Shown piece after piece: positions 39,801 through 48,700 of a stretch of DNA of 64,000 nt (positions are counted from its first letter, which is position 1; every line of letters begins with the position of its first letter). The translations under genes were made by a program, and so were the position numbers. The notes below the pieces were generated by a model. That model did no database searches. It was not told the DNA's origin and saw only the letters and a list, made by a program, of their open reading frames with translations. The stretch is from contig JAEMVC010000008.1 in the NCBI GenBank assembly GCA_029215985.1, forward strand, positions 14,997-78,996, written 5' to 3'. Origin of the DNA: Sulfurimonas sp. SAG-AH-194-C21 (GTDB lineage: Bacteria; Campylobacterota; Campylobacteria; Campylobacterales; Sulfurimonadaceae).

Positions 39801-40599
39801 GTGTTGTTGCATCATCAATTCTTTGCTCAACATTATCAGCTGTAAGTGCTAACTCTTGTGTGTTTAAAGCATCAGGTAAGCTTTTAAGCTCTTTGTCTAA
39901 GTCTTTAATTTTTGCTTCTTGGAGTGTTCCTGAAGCAACTTCTTGTTTGATAGTATCAGCGATAGCACCATCTAAATTAAGAGCAGATGTAAGTTTTGTA
40001 GCGATAGTCTCAAAAATAGCAGCATCATCTTTTGAACTTCCTGCAGCAATTTTAGCAGCAACTTTTTGAACTCTAAGAGCAATTTTAAGAAGATTTTCAT
40101 TTCCTGATGTTGCAATGTTTTTATCTAAGTCTTCCGCATTTAAACCAAGTTTAGCTGCAATTTCATTTTTTACTGTTTCTATAGACTTAGTAGGGTTTAG
40201 TTTTTGATATTTTTGAACTAAAGTAGTTAGAGGTGTAATATGTTGACTTGTAGTACCTGATTTACTAATAGCTGAAAGTTTTCCTAAAAAAAGCTCTTTA
40301 GTTGTTCTGTCTATTCCGCCTGTAACGATAAGTGGCTTACCAACTTGTGAACTTGGGATGTTTAAAGAGTAGTTTCCTAACTTGTCAGTTAAAATACTAA
40401 TCTCTCCAGCATCTAACTGACCATTACTGTTAGCATCTAAAAATACTGTTGCACCTTGAAGTTCAGGATCAACTGCTGTTCCAGAAATACTTGTTAGAGA
40501 AGTAGCAGTACTATCTGAGCTACCACCTCCACAGCCTACTAGTAATGTACTAGCTACAATAGATAGCGCAAAATATTTTGCTTTTGTTGAATAATTCAT
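36835..40599 (-). CDS. Lipoprotein with long N-terminal stalk and C-terminal multicopper oxidase
   Basis: Lipobox LVGC; HWHG, WFHPH, HPFHAH, HCHILEHEDAGMM; Met-rich insert. Confidence 0.92.
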   Translation of the reverse strand: MNYSTKAKYFALSIVASTLLVGCGGGSSDSTATSLTSISGTAVDPELQGATVFLDANSNGQLDAGEISILTDKLGNYSLNIPSSQVGKPLIVTGGIDRTTKELFLGKLSAISKSGTTSQHITPLTTLVQKYQKLNPTKSIETVKNEIAAKLGLNAEDLDKNIATSGNENLLKIALRVQKVAAKIAAGSSKDDAAIFETIATKLTSALNLDGAIADTIKQEVASGTLQEAKIKDLDKELKSLPDALNTQELALTADNVEQRIDDATTQAELDTDLSTDATVLVDSDNEVQSEKAKRVVKSLGLEQLDQPTRDKITSSDKIDLDNDSIDDIKKKLDSNELGLSTQEQNSVKREQLFNDNGLNNLDTATRDTLKTQFYNDNFDFANSSDQDFKDKLNDDTFLGGDEDFRAKIQGQQNATADTIANGVNLVGSIIKGPIDGATIKLKDAAGALVASTISKNGLFILPQTTLTSTYYTIESVGGSYEDEATSTTVTIPATKGLKTVFTKAELETILTDKSYIAITPETTIYADIVVDDVANGTTLATAMSEAQALITAAMITDSSPLTILPGDKFLQTGDFTSSFPKDQSEAFARNRAISFSYMVRDLNLSADKVFDVMDLVIADYKDGKADGITLADGRDVNVSEEFALSRTKLFQNTTAKLRNGELSDGQKAQLKGMGFDTDAFGDRGASEDANLTALINKYITSTTLPTLHVLPVIADEDGDTTDAKETYTLRATTNVNVTIETPESSWITPMWRYNNNPLPVVIRTSSGTDMTLNLDNQLASDSTIHWHGFKIPAIMDGGPDVPVAPSTTKAYTFTMNQPAAPLWFHPHPDMETGKQVYMGLAGVYLLEDAVSKELETTKQLPSGAKDTVLLVQDRRFADLNTTTNVKELLYKNMAMDNDGMYGDTVLVNGSVLPKQEVSDTLHRYRLYNVSNARTYDFALNDGSDFTVVGTDGGLLESPVVVNHIVLGAAERVEIVIDFSKYAVGDKVMLVSKAFNGDMMGMMGGNNAGTGDMGNTSGQTDMGSGSAISGMGSGSSVTDMGNNSGTSGMTSGVDNQGMMSGMLANGTGLVIMRFDVTTSESEDVTLYTKISSNAAIATRLTEADAVNQGNERQFLMSMGGMGQGMSGDMNAGQQGMQMSFVINGKAFDLNRVDEFVADGATEIWSIRNMSPMAHPFHAHAIQYQILTRNGQPASGTDLGWKDTFLVQPGETVRVIGDFTGAVGDYMYHCHILEHEDAGMMGYFRVGATGNVNNQ

Positions 40600-40644
40600 T
40601 TTTGTTTCCTTTAGTTTTTTAGTAAGGAAAGTTTACGATAAATG

Positions 40645-40683
40645 TGTTAGTGAAGTATTAGCGAAATGTTAGCGAAGTGTAAG
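40645..40683 (-). promoter_or_regulatory. Four 11-bp-period direct repeats upstream of the oxidase gene
   Basis: TGTTAGTGAAG TATTAGCGAAA TGTTAGCGAAG TGTAAG, upstream of a TAAACT -10 on the minus strand. Confidence 0.75.
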
Positions 40684-40816
40684 TAGTAAGAGTCTTGGGG
40701 AAAATAATTTTTAATTTAAATGCATCTTTTTATAGCTAATGCTTACTTAAATATATACATGGAAGGAAAATACAAGAGAGCCACAACTACTCTCCTGCAA
40801 AGTTAGAATAAGAGTG

Positions 40817-42550
40817 TTATATAGTTGTCGTTGTATCAGGTGTCTCTGTTGTATCAGATGTCTCTGTTGTATCAGGTGTCTCTGTTGTATCAGGTGTCTT
40901 TGTTCTGTTATCATCTGATATTTCTATTGTTTTCGTTTTGTTATCATCTGATATTTCTATTGTTTTCGTTTTGTTATCATCTGATATTTCTATTGTTATC
41001 GTTTTATTATCATCTGATATTTCTATTGTTTTCGTTTTGTTATCATCTGATATTTCTATTGTTTTCGTTTTGTTATCATCTGATATTTCTATTGTTTTCG
41101 TTTTGTTATCATCTGATATTTCTATTGTTTTTGTTTTGTTATCATCTGATATTTCTATTGTTTTCGTTTTGTTATCATCTGATATTTCTATTGTTTTCGT
41201 TTTGTTATCATCTGATATTTCTATTGTTATCGTTTTATTATCATCTGATATTTCTATTGTTTTATCCATATAAGAATCATCTATCTCAGGAAGTTTTCCT
41301 TTTAATGCTTTTACAAGTTCATCTGAAAGAGACTGAAGAAAGCTTTGTGTTTTAATTCTTGTTTCTAAATCATCTTTATCTGATTTAGAAAAATCAAAAT
41401 CATCACTTTCAAACTTTTTTCTCAATTCATCTTTTTCATCATCTTCTAAGTCTGTAATTCTTGATTCATTAAAAAGTTTTTCTCTATCAAGTACTTTCAT
41501 ATCTTGGGTATCTAAACCAGCATCATTATTTTCAAGTTTTTCTTTTAATTCTGAAAGTGAATCATCATCAAAATCTACTTTATCACTGTCAAGCAGTTGT
41601 TGTTTGATTGTGTCATCTAAGTCTTTATAACCTAACTGTTCTAAAGCTTTTTTGACTTTTAACTCTTTTGCTTCTTTTGCACCAGAGATAATAATTGTAT
41701 CATCATCAAAAAGATCGTCATCAAGTTCTATTCGTAACTGTGTTGCAGTAATATTTCTATCTATATTGTCTACCGTTAGTGCAAATTCTTCTGCATTTAA
41801 CACTGAATGGTCAAGATTTCTTAACTCTTTAGCTAAATCTGTTACTCTGTCATAATCGATTGAAGTCTGATTAAGGTCATTATCAATAGTATCTTGTATA
41901 GCCGTATCAAAATCTTTATCTGTTAAATTTTCTGCAAGTCTCTTATAAACTTCATCAATATCTTCTCCAGTTACATCAGCTATTTTCTGTGCCACTTTAT
42001 TAATTTGAAGTGCTGCTTTAAGAAGTAGTGTATCGTCTAAGATATTTTTATCAAGATCTTGTACATCTGCTAGACCTAACTTCGTTGCAAGTTCAGCTCT
42101 TACTTCTTCGTCTGATTTATTTGGATTTACTTCTTTATACTGTTCTACTATTGTAGTTAACGGTGTGATAAACTGTCCACTTTGTGTGATTTTTGCAACT
42201 ATACGAAGCTTCCCTTTAAAACTCTCTTTAGTAACTCTATCTATACCACCCTCTACGATAATCTGCTTACCAACATCTGCTTCTGGGATTGTTAAAGTAT
42301 ATTTACCAAAACTATCTGTAGTTGTGTTAAGTTCACCCACATCATACTGTCCATTATCATTTGCATCTAAGTAAACATTAGCACCTTGAATTTCTGGATC
42401 AATTGCCGTACCAGATAATACTATACTTTGTACACTTGGTGTAATTGGTGTTATTGTCGTGTTCTCTGTGCTAGAACCACCACAACCAACTAATGCTAAA
42501 CTTGTAACTGCTGAAATTGCTATCAGCTTTATATTATTTATAGATTTCAT
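40817..42550 (-). CDS. Lipoprotein paralogous to the oxidase N-terminus, with repeat tail
   Basis: Lipobox LVGC; GTAIDPEIQGANVYLDAN, GGIDRVTKE and ITPLTT shared with 36835-40599. Confidence 0.88.
   Translation of the reverse strand: MKSINNIKLIAISAVTSLALVGCGGSSTENTTITPITPSVQSIVLSGTAIDPEIQGANVYLDANDNGQYDVGELNTTTDSFGKYTLTIPEADVGKQIIVEGGIDRVTKESFKGKLRIVAKITQSGQFITPLTTIVEQYKEVNPNKSDEEVRAELATKLGLADVQDLDKNILDDTLLLKAALQINKVAQKIADVTGEDIDEVYKRLAENLTDKDFDTAIQDTIDNDLNQTSIDYDRVTDLAKELRNLDHSVLNAEEFALTVDNIDRNITATQLRIELDDDLFDDDTIIISGAKEAKELKVKKALEQLGYKDLDDTIKQQLLDSDKVDFDDDSLSELKEKLENNDAGLDTQDMKVLDREKLFNESRITDLEDDEKDELRKKFESDDFDFSKSDKDDLETRIKTQSFLQSLSDELVKALKGKLPEIDDSYMDKTIEISDDNKTITIEISDDNKTKTIEISDDNKTKTIEISDDNKTKTIEISDDNKTKTIEISDDNKTKTIEISDDNKTKTIEISDDNKTITIEISDDNKTKTIEISDDNKTKTIEISDDNRTKTPDTTETPDTTETSDTTETPDTTTTI
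40826..40898 (-). repeat. About four 18-bp repeats (PDTTET)
   Basis: TGTTGTATCAGGTGTCTC repeats. Confidence 0.85.
40899..41262 (-). repeat. Eleven 33-bp in-frame tandem repeats (TIEISDDNKTK)
   Basis: TCATCTGATATTTCTATTGTT recurs every 33 nt from 40911 to 41241. Confidence 0.95.
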
Positions 42551-42594
42551 TTTATTCCCTTTTATTTTGTTTCATAGGAAGTATATCAAAAAAG

Positions 42595-42611
42595 CATTAG
42601 CGAAGTGTAAG
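42595..42611 (-). promoter_or_regulatory. Direct-repeat operator upstream of the 577-aa lipoprotein
   Basis: CATTAGCGAAGTGTAAG, upstream of a TATACT -10. Confidence 0.7.
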
Positions 42612-42614
42612 CAC

Positions 42615-43667
42615 TTAGGATTCGCTTGTAACATTTTTTAAACTTAGGTAAAAAGTACTTCCCTTATCTACTTTACTATTGAGTCGTATTGTGATTTTAA
42701 GTTCTTCACAAAGCTTTTTAACAATGTGTAAACCTATCCCTATACCCCTGTCTTGTTCTTTATAAAACCTTTGAAAAACTTTTTTTCTATCTTGGATTCC
42801 TTTACCTGTATCTTTTATGCGCAAGTTATTATCTTCTATAGTAATACTTACTCTTCCTTTCTCTTTATTATACTTTGCTGCATTGGATAGTAAGTTGTCA
42901 ATTATTCTCACAAATGCATCTCTATTTGTGTAGAGTATTCTTTTGGGAAGTTTCACTTCAAACTTTATACCACGATACATCTTGTCTAAAAGTGCTACTC
43001 GCTCTTGTATAAGTTCTTCAAGTACAAACTTCTCTTTTTGGCTCACATGGTTTTCTAAGTATGCACGCAGATGTGACTGTAGCGACAAAATAGTTTCCAC
43101 GCTGTTTTCAATCCGTTGGATTTTTTTGTTCTCTCTAATTTCATTTTTTAGCATCGAGATATTTAAACGCAAGGTCGAAAGGGGTGTGTTAAAGTCATGT
43201 AAGATGTCTTTTATAAACTCTTCTGTCATCTTTAATGCATTTCGTAAAGGGGAGAGTGTGTAAAATGAGAAAAAAACTGACAGTAAAACTACAAGAACTA
43301 AAACAATTAAGAACTTCAAAACTAAATCATTTTGTATAGCAGAAAGGCTCTCCTTATACTGCTCTTTTTCATAATGAATTTTAAGAGCATTTTTTTGTGA
43401 GCCACCTATGGCGAAATAACCACTTAATCCATCCTCATCTTTATGGAGTTTATTGAGCTCGAACTTCTCTTTTATTACAAAATCTATACTAAAATTATCA
43501 CACTTTAAGTCATAACTACAGACTTGCATCGCGCTAAACAAGGACTCATCTAAACTCTTCGTCTCTTTGTTATACTCTAAAAAGAAAAGTGCTCCTATAA
43601 GTAAGGTTTGAGATACAAAAAAGAGTATAAAACTCTTAATAAGCGACTCGAGTTCAACTTTTTTCAA
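42615..43667 (-). CDS. Sensor histidine kinase
   Basis: Two TM helices; LHDFNTPL H-box; NLLSNAAKY; DTGKGI; GIGIGL. Confidence 0.95.
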   Translation of the reverse strand: MKKVELESLIKSFILFFVSQTLLIGALFFLEYNKETKSLDESLFSAMQVCSYDLKCDNFSIDFVIKEKFELNKLHKDEDGLSGYFAIGGSQKNALKIHYEKEQYKESLSAIQNDLVLKFLIVLVLVVLLSVFFSFYTLSPLRNALKMTEEFIKDILHDFNTPLSTLRLNISMLKNEIRENKKIQRIENSVETILSLQSHLRAYLENHVSQKEKFVLEELIQERVALLDKMYRGIKFEVKLPKRILYTNRDAFVRIIDNLLSNAAKYNKEKGRVSITIEDNNLRIKDTGKGIQDRKKVFQRFYKEQDRGIGIGLHIVKKLCEELKITIRLNSKVDKGSTFYLSLKNVTSES

Positions 43668-44292
43668 GAATATACCCTACACCACGTATGTTCTTAATAG
43701 GCAAAGAGGTAGTCTGTTTGAACTTACTAAGTGCAACGCGGAGTGTACTATCAGAAGGGTTTACTAAACAGTCCATCAGTATACTTTTATCTAAGACATT
43801 CCCAATATTTTGCATAAATATCTCACATAAGCACTCTTGAACTTCACCTAAAGAGATGATTTTTTCATCAATGTATAACTCTTTTTTACTAGCTACATAG
43901 CGAATATTATTATAAACGATATCGTTATTTACTTGAACAAATTTTGCATTCACACGAATAAGAAGTTCTTGTGGAAAAAATGGTTTTTTAATGTAGTCAT
44001 CAGCACCTATCTCAAATGCTTTTGAGATAGAGTTTAAGTCTATAAGTGCTGAGATAAAGATAGCAGGTGTTGTATCTTGTGCATTTCGAAGAGACTCTAA
44101 AAGTTCAAGTCCATTCATATCAGGAACATTTATATCAAAGACATAGAGTTGATAGCTGTTCTTGTAGGAAGCATCTATTGCATCATTAGCATTGTGTACC
44201 ATATCTACATGATAATTTTCTGACTCTAAAAGCTCTTTGAGTGTTTCAGCCAGTTCTAGATCATCTTCAAGTAAAAGTATCTTTCGACTCAT
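43654..44292 (-). CDS. OmpR-family response regulator
   Basis: LLEDD, FDINVP, GADDYIKKPF, NIRGVGY. Confidence 0.95.
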   Translation of the reverse strand: MSRKILLLEDDLELAETLKELLESENYHVDMVHNANDAIDASYKNSYQLYVFDINVPDMNGLELLESLRNAQDTTPAIFISALIDLNSISKAFEIGADDYIKKPFFPQELLIRVNAKFVQVNNDIVYNNIRYVASKKELYIDEKIISLGEVQECLCEIFMQNIGNVLDKSILMDCLVNPSDSTLRVALSKFKQTTSLPIKNIRGVGYILEKS

Positions 44293-44304
44293 AATAAACG
44301 CCTT

Positions 44305-45147
44305 TTAAAAAAAGTACCCTAAGCGTAGGGATGTAAAATTTTTGCTTGCACTATCACTCAAACCATAGGCATAAGAGAAGGTTAAAAACCAATGTGAATC
44401 AATGCTATAGTACATATAAGTACTCATACTCTGTATATCTTCAACACTTTCATAGATACTATCACTTGCATTGTATGAAAGACTAGTGTAGAGTCTTTGT
44501 GTCATATAATAGCCTAAGCCTAAACTATATGCATGTGTGTTTTGATATAAAACAGTTGATGTAAGGGTAGTGTTTGCATCATAAATATTTACATTGTCAT
44601 CATTTATAATTGTGTATGCATATCCACCAAAAATATTTAGTTTATCGATATTATAACTTAGATTAAGTGAAGCTGTATAGTCTGTATTGTTATTGTTTAA
44701 AGAGTTGTCATATGTCGGTAAAAGTACTCCAAGTCCTAAACGCAGTGAAAGGTCTTGTAGCGGTCTAAACTGATATGATGCTCCAACAAATGAATCAAAG
44801 AGTCCACTATCATTAAAACCATTTCCCTCTGTACTAAAGTATGAAGTTGAAGCTTGCATAGAGAAGTTTTTATAGTAGTAGTCTACTTGAAGTGTTGTAG
44901 AGAGCGTATCTGTTGTGTTAAGCGTCTGGTAGTCAGACTGTGCAAAACTCGCACCTACAATAACATCATAATGATGTGCTGAGACAAGACTGCTTTTTGT
45001 ACATCCTCTAATATCTACTAAGTCACTAAAAGGGGTATTTGGACATCTATCCTGTGCATCTTCTACACCATCCATATCACTATCTATATAAGCGAAAAGT
45101 GAACTTGACAAAAAAATTGATATTATAATTTGTAAAACTATTTTCAT
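44305..45147 (-). CDS. Outer-membrane beta-barrel with N-terminal TSP3-like Ca-binding repeat
   Basis: DSDMDGVEDAQDRCPNTP...GC; LPT motif; ends LRLGYFF. Confidence 0.75.
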   Translation of the reverse strand: MKIVLQIIISIFLSSSLFAYIDSDMDGVEDAQDRCPNTPFSDLVDIRGCTKSSLVSAHHYDVIVGASFAQSDYQTLNTTDTLSTTLQVDYYYKNFSMQASTSYFSTEGNGFNDSGLFDSFVGASYQFRPLQDLSLRLGLGVLLPTYDNSLNNNNTDYTASLNLSYNIDKLNIFGGYAYTIINDDNVNIYDANTTLTSTVLYQNTHAYSLGLGYYMTQRLYTSLSYNASDSIYESVEDIQSMSTYMYYSIDSHWFLTFSYAYGLSDSASKNFTSLRLGYFF

Positions 45148-45177
45148 ACTAGACCCTTACTATAAATTCCAAAAAGA

Positions 45178-45636
45178 CTAATGTCTCTCTCCAAACATTC
45201 CTTCTTCTGAAGGAGGAGTTCCTATCGGTTGTCGAGTATCCATATCAGAAAAACCACCTGAAGATTGTGCCTCATGTCCAAACTGACTTCCAGCTTGTTG
45301 CTGACTCATATTTTGAATCTTGCTCATATCATCATTTTCATTCATTTGCATTTGTATTGCATGCTCTTGGTCACGAACTTGAAGCATATTGTTGTTTGAG
45401 TCAGAATGTGCATGTGTTTGTGTCTGCATTTTTGTTTGCATCTGTCCTATTGCGGCAGTTCTATCTTCTGCATTCATGTTTGAAAGTTGGATTTTAAACT
45501 GATTCATCAACTCAACACGCTGTGCTGCTGGGGCCTCTTGAATAGCTTGAATTTGTACATCTATTACGGAGGGATTTTGTGCGAAACTTAAAGTACCTAT
45601 GATTGCTAATACTAATAAAATATTTATCATTTTCAT
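45178..45636 (-). CDS. Met/Gln-rich periplasmic protein
   Basis: Signal peptide; APAAQRVELMNQFK..L. Confidence 0.75.
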   Translation of the reverse strand: MKMINILLVLAIIGTLSFAQNPSVIDVQIQAIQEAPAAQRVELMNQFKIQLSNMNAEDRTAAIGQMQTKMQTQTHAHSDSNNNMLQVRDQEHAIQMQMNENDDMSKIQNMSQQQAGSQFGHEAQSSGGFSDMDTRQPIGTPPSEEGMFGERH

Positions 45637-45677
45637 CTTGTCTTCCTTTGTTTGATAGCCATAGTATTACATAAGAG

Positions 45678-45694
45678 TGTTAGCAAAGTGTTAG
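45678..45694 (-). promoter_or_regulatory. Direct-repeat operator upstream of the two-component operon
   Basis: TGTTAGCAAAGTGTTAG, upstream of a TACTAT -10. Confidence 0.7.
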
Positions 45695-45721
45695 TTCTTT
45701 GCTAACCAGGATATACAATAC

Positions 45722-45779
45722 AATGAGCAAAACCCATTATATTGGCAGGAACAAAATGTCCCTACAATCCTTTAAAGCC
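45722..45779 (-). repeat. REP-like double-hairpin element, copy 2
   Basis: Reverse complement GCTTTAAAGGATTGTAGGGACATTTTGTTCCTGCCAATATAATGGGTTTTGCTCATT. Confidence 0.7.
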
Positions 45780-45787
45780 TGATATAA

Positions 45788-48700
45788 CTATCTTACATCA
45801 TCCTCACATAAATGCTCATTTTTATAAAAAAGTAGATAGGTTGAAGGCAAAATAAGTAGTGTTAAAAGTGTAGAACTTATAATACCACCTGTAATGACTA
45901 CAGCAAGAGGGTACTGTATCTCGCTTCCCACACCACTAGCATAAAGTAAAGGTAGTATACCAAAAAGTGTTGTAAACGCGGTCATAAGTACAGGACGTAA
46001 ACGCAGGAGTGTTGCATCTTTAAGTAAAGTTTTTAGTGCCACATGTGGAAACTTCACTCGTAACTCATCTATGAAACTCACAAGTACAATACCGTTAAGT
46101 ATGGCAATAGCAAAAATTGCCAAGAAGCCTACAATAGCTGAAACAGAGAGATAAATCCCACTCACAACAAGAGCGATAATCCCACCAATAAAGCCAAACG
46201 GAACATTAAGTAAAATAATCATAGCCTTACCAAGAGAGTTAAACGCAGTGTAAAGTAAAAGAATAACTAACATAATAGTAATTGGAATAATCACCATTAG
46301 TTTCTCTGTCGCTTCTTTCATGTTTTTAAAGTCACCGGCCCAACCTATATAGTAACCCGTTGGCATGTTAACCTTCTCCTTGATGAGTCTGTCTGCTTCT
46401 TCAACAAACGAAGCAACATCACGGCCATCAACTTCCATAGAAAGAACCATATAACGACTAAGGTTTTCACGTTTGATAAATGCAGCACCTTGGAGTATTT
46501 CTACCTTACAAATCTGGTCAAGTGTAACAAGTGCTCCACTCTTTGAACGCAGGGTTACTTTTTTTATAGACTCGACGTCTTTTTTAGCATCCTTTACCTT
46601 AGCAACGATTCCAAAACGACGGATACCCTCTATCTTCTCGCTAATAGGCTCTTCACCTATACCATTACGGATAATATCCATCACCTCATCAACACGAATA
46701 CCATAACGAGCAAGTGCTAAATAATCTGGTGTGATTTTTATCTGTGCTTGACCGAGTTGAGACTCAACTTCCATACGTTCTAAACCATCAACATCACTAA
46801 TGGCATTTTGAATATCTTTTGAAATACTATCTAGGATTTTTTGATCGTCTCCATAAATCTTTACAGCAAGTTCAGCTTTTACACCCTCTAATAACTCTTC
46901 TATTCTCATAGCGATTGGTTGTGTTGGAACAAACTGCACATAAGTAAAGTGATGTTCTAAGTCTTCGTTCATCTCATTTGTTAACTCTTCAAGGTTCTCT
47001 ATATTAGGTTTTAAAGTAAGTAAAACCTCCATATAATTCCCCTGAGCAGTTTCACCTTTTTCACTTCGTCCTATCATAGAAAGAACCGACTCAACACTAT
47101 CAGGATAGTTTTTAAGAATATACTTCTCCACTTCTCCTGCCGTCTCCGTAGACTGAGTAAGAGCCGTTCCAGGAATCGCGATAACACGATACATAATAGA
47201 CTCTTCATTTAACTCAGGCATAAACTCTCTACCTTGTTGCGTTAGTACATAAGCTAAGATGAGAAAAATCACAGAGACACTCAGCAGCATCTTTTTAGCA
47301 TTGTTAAGTGCGAACATAAGAAGTGGTGTGTAGCCTTTTTTTATAGCTTTCATGACTGCATTTTCACCAGAACCTGTTGGTTTTAAAAGGAGTAAAATAA
47401 GTACAGGGACTAAGATAAGTGCCACCAACAAAGAACCAAGCATAACAAACACAATGTTGAGTGCCATAGGCGAGTAAAGCTTTCCTGCAAGACCTTCTAA
47501 ACTTAAAAGAGGGATAAATACAGCCGCAATGATAAGAACCGCGAAGGTTACCGGAGTTGCAACTTCTCTTGCTGCATCGTACACAATAGTAAACTTATCA
47601 CCATCTGGGTTATCATGGAGTTTTCTAAAACTATTTTCTACTATAACTATAGTTCCATCTACTATCATACCAACCGCGATTGCTAAACCTGAAAGACTCA
47701 TAAGGTTTGCAGAGAGGTTATAATAATCCATCATCAAAAATGCGATAAGAAGAGAAAGTGGTAGTGATAAGATAACGATAAAAGCACTTCTCAACTCAAA
47801 AAGAAAAAGAAAAAGAACGATAGCCACTAAGATTACACCACTCGTAAGAGCTGATGTCATCGTACTAACTGCTTTGTGCGTTATCTCTGTTCTATCGTAA
47901 ATAGTCTCTATAGTCACACCATCAGGAAGAGTAGAGTTCACAGTCTCTATCTTCTCTTTGATGCGTTCAACAACCTTAGCTGCGTTTGTTGCAGTACGTT
48001 GCAGAACCATACCCATAACAGCTTCACTTCCATCTATACTTATAGATCCAAAACGCGGTGCTGAACCTGTCTCAACTACTGCTACATCGCCGATTGTTAT
48101 AGACTGACCTTGTGCACTTTTTACAACAGTATTTCGAATGTCATCAAGAGTTTTATACAGGCCTGCCCCACGAATGAGATACTGCTCACGGTTGAACTCT
48201 AAGTACTGCCCGCCTGCTGCTTGGTTAGACTTTTGAAGTGCATCTACTATGTCACTATATGTGATACCAAAGTTTTGCAGTTGTTTTGTGTCTATAAGAA
48301 CATTATATTGTTTCTCATCTCCACCCCAACCGATAACCTCTTCAACACCAGGAACTGACTTAAAAAGTGGCGTTACTATGTACTCTTGAAGTTCACGTAT
48401 CTCTTGGAGCGAGTATTTTCCAGTACTGTCTTTTACTTGATACCAAAACACTTGACCTAGACCCGTTGTGTTTGGTCCAAGTTGTGGTTGCCCCCAACCA
48501 TTTGGGATGTCAACTGAGCCTAAACGCTCACTCACTAACTGACGCAGGAAGTAAATATCCATATCGTCTTCAAAAAAGATACTCACATAAGAGAGTCCAA
48601 AAATCGAGTTTGACATGATGAGTTTTACCCCAGCCATACCAGAAACTGCCGATTCTATCGGGTAAGTGATAAGTTTTTCAATATCTTCAGCCGAGTTACC

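Noticed and set aside
40899-41262. 33-bp repeat array as a CRISPR
   Set aside because: Units are contiguous with no unique spacers, stay in frame within a CDS, and no cas genes are nearby
40825-41355. Plus-strand ORFs over the repeat array (also 19847-20456 over fliK)
   Set aside because: Antisense shadows of repetitive coding sequence
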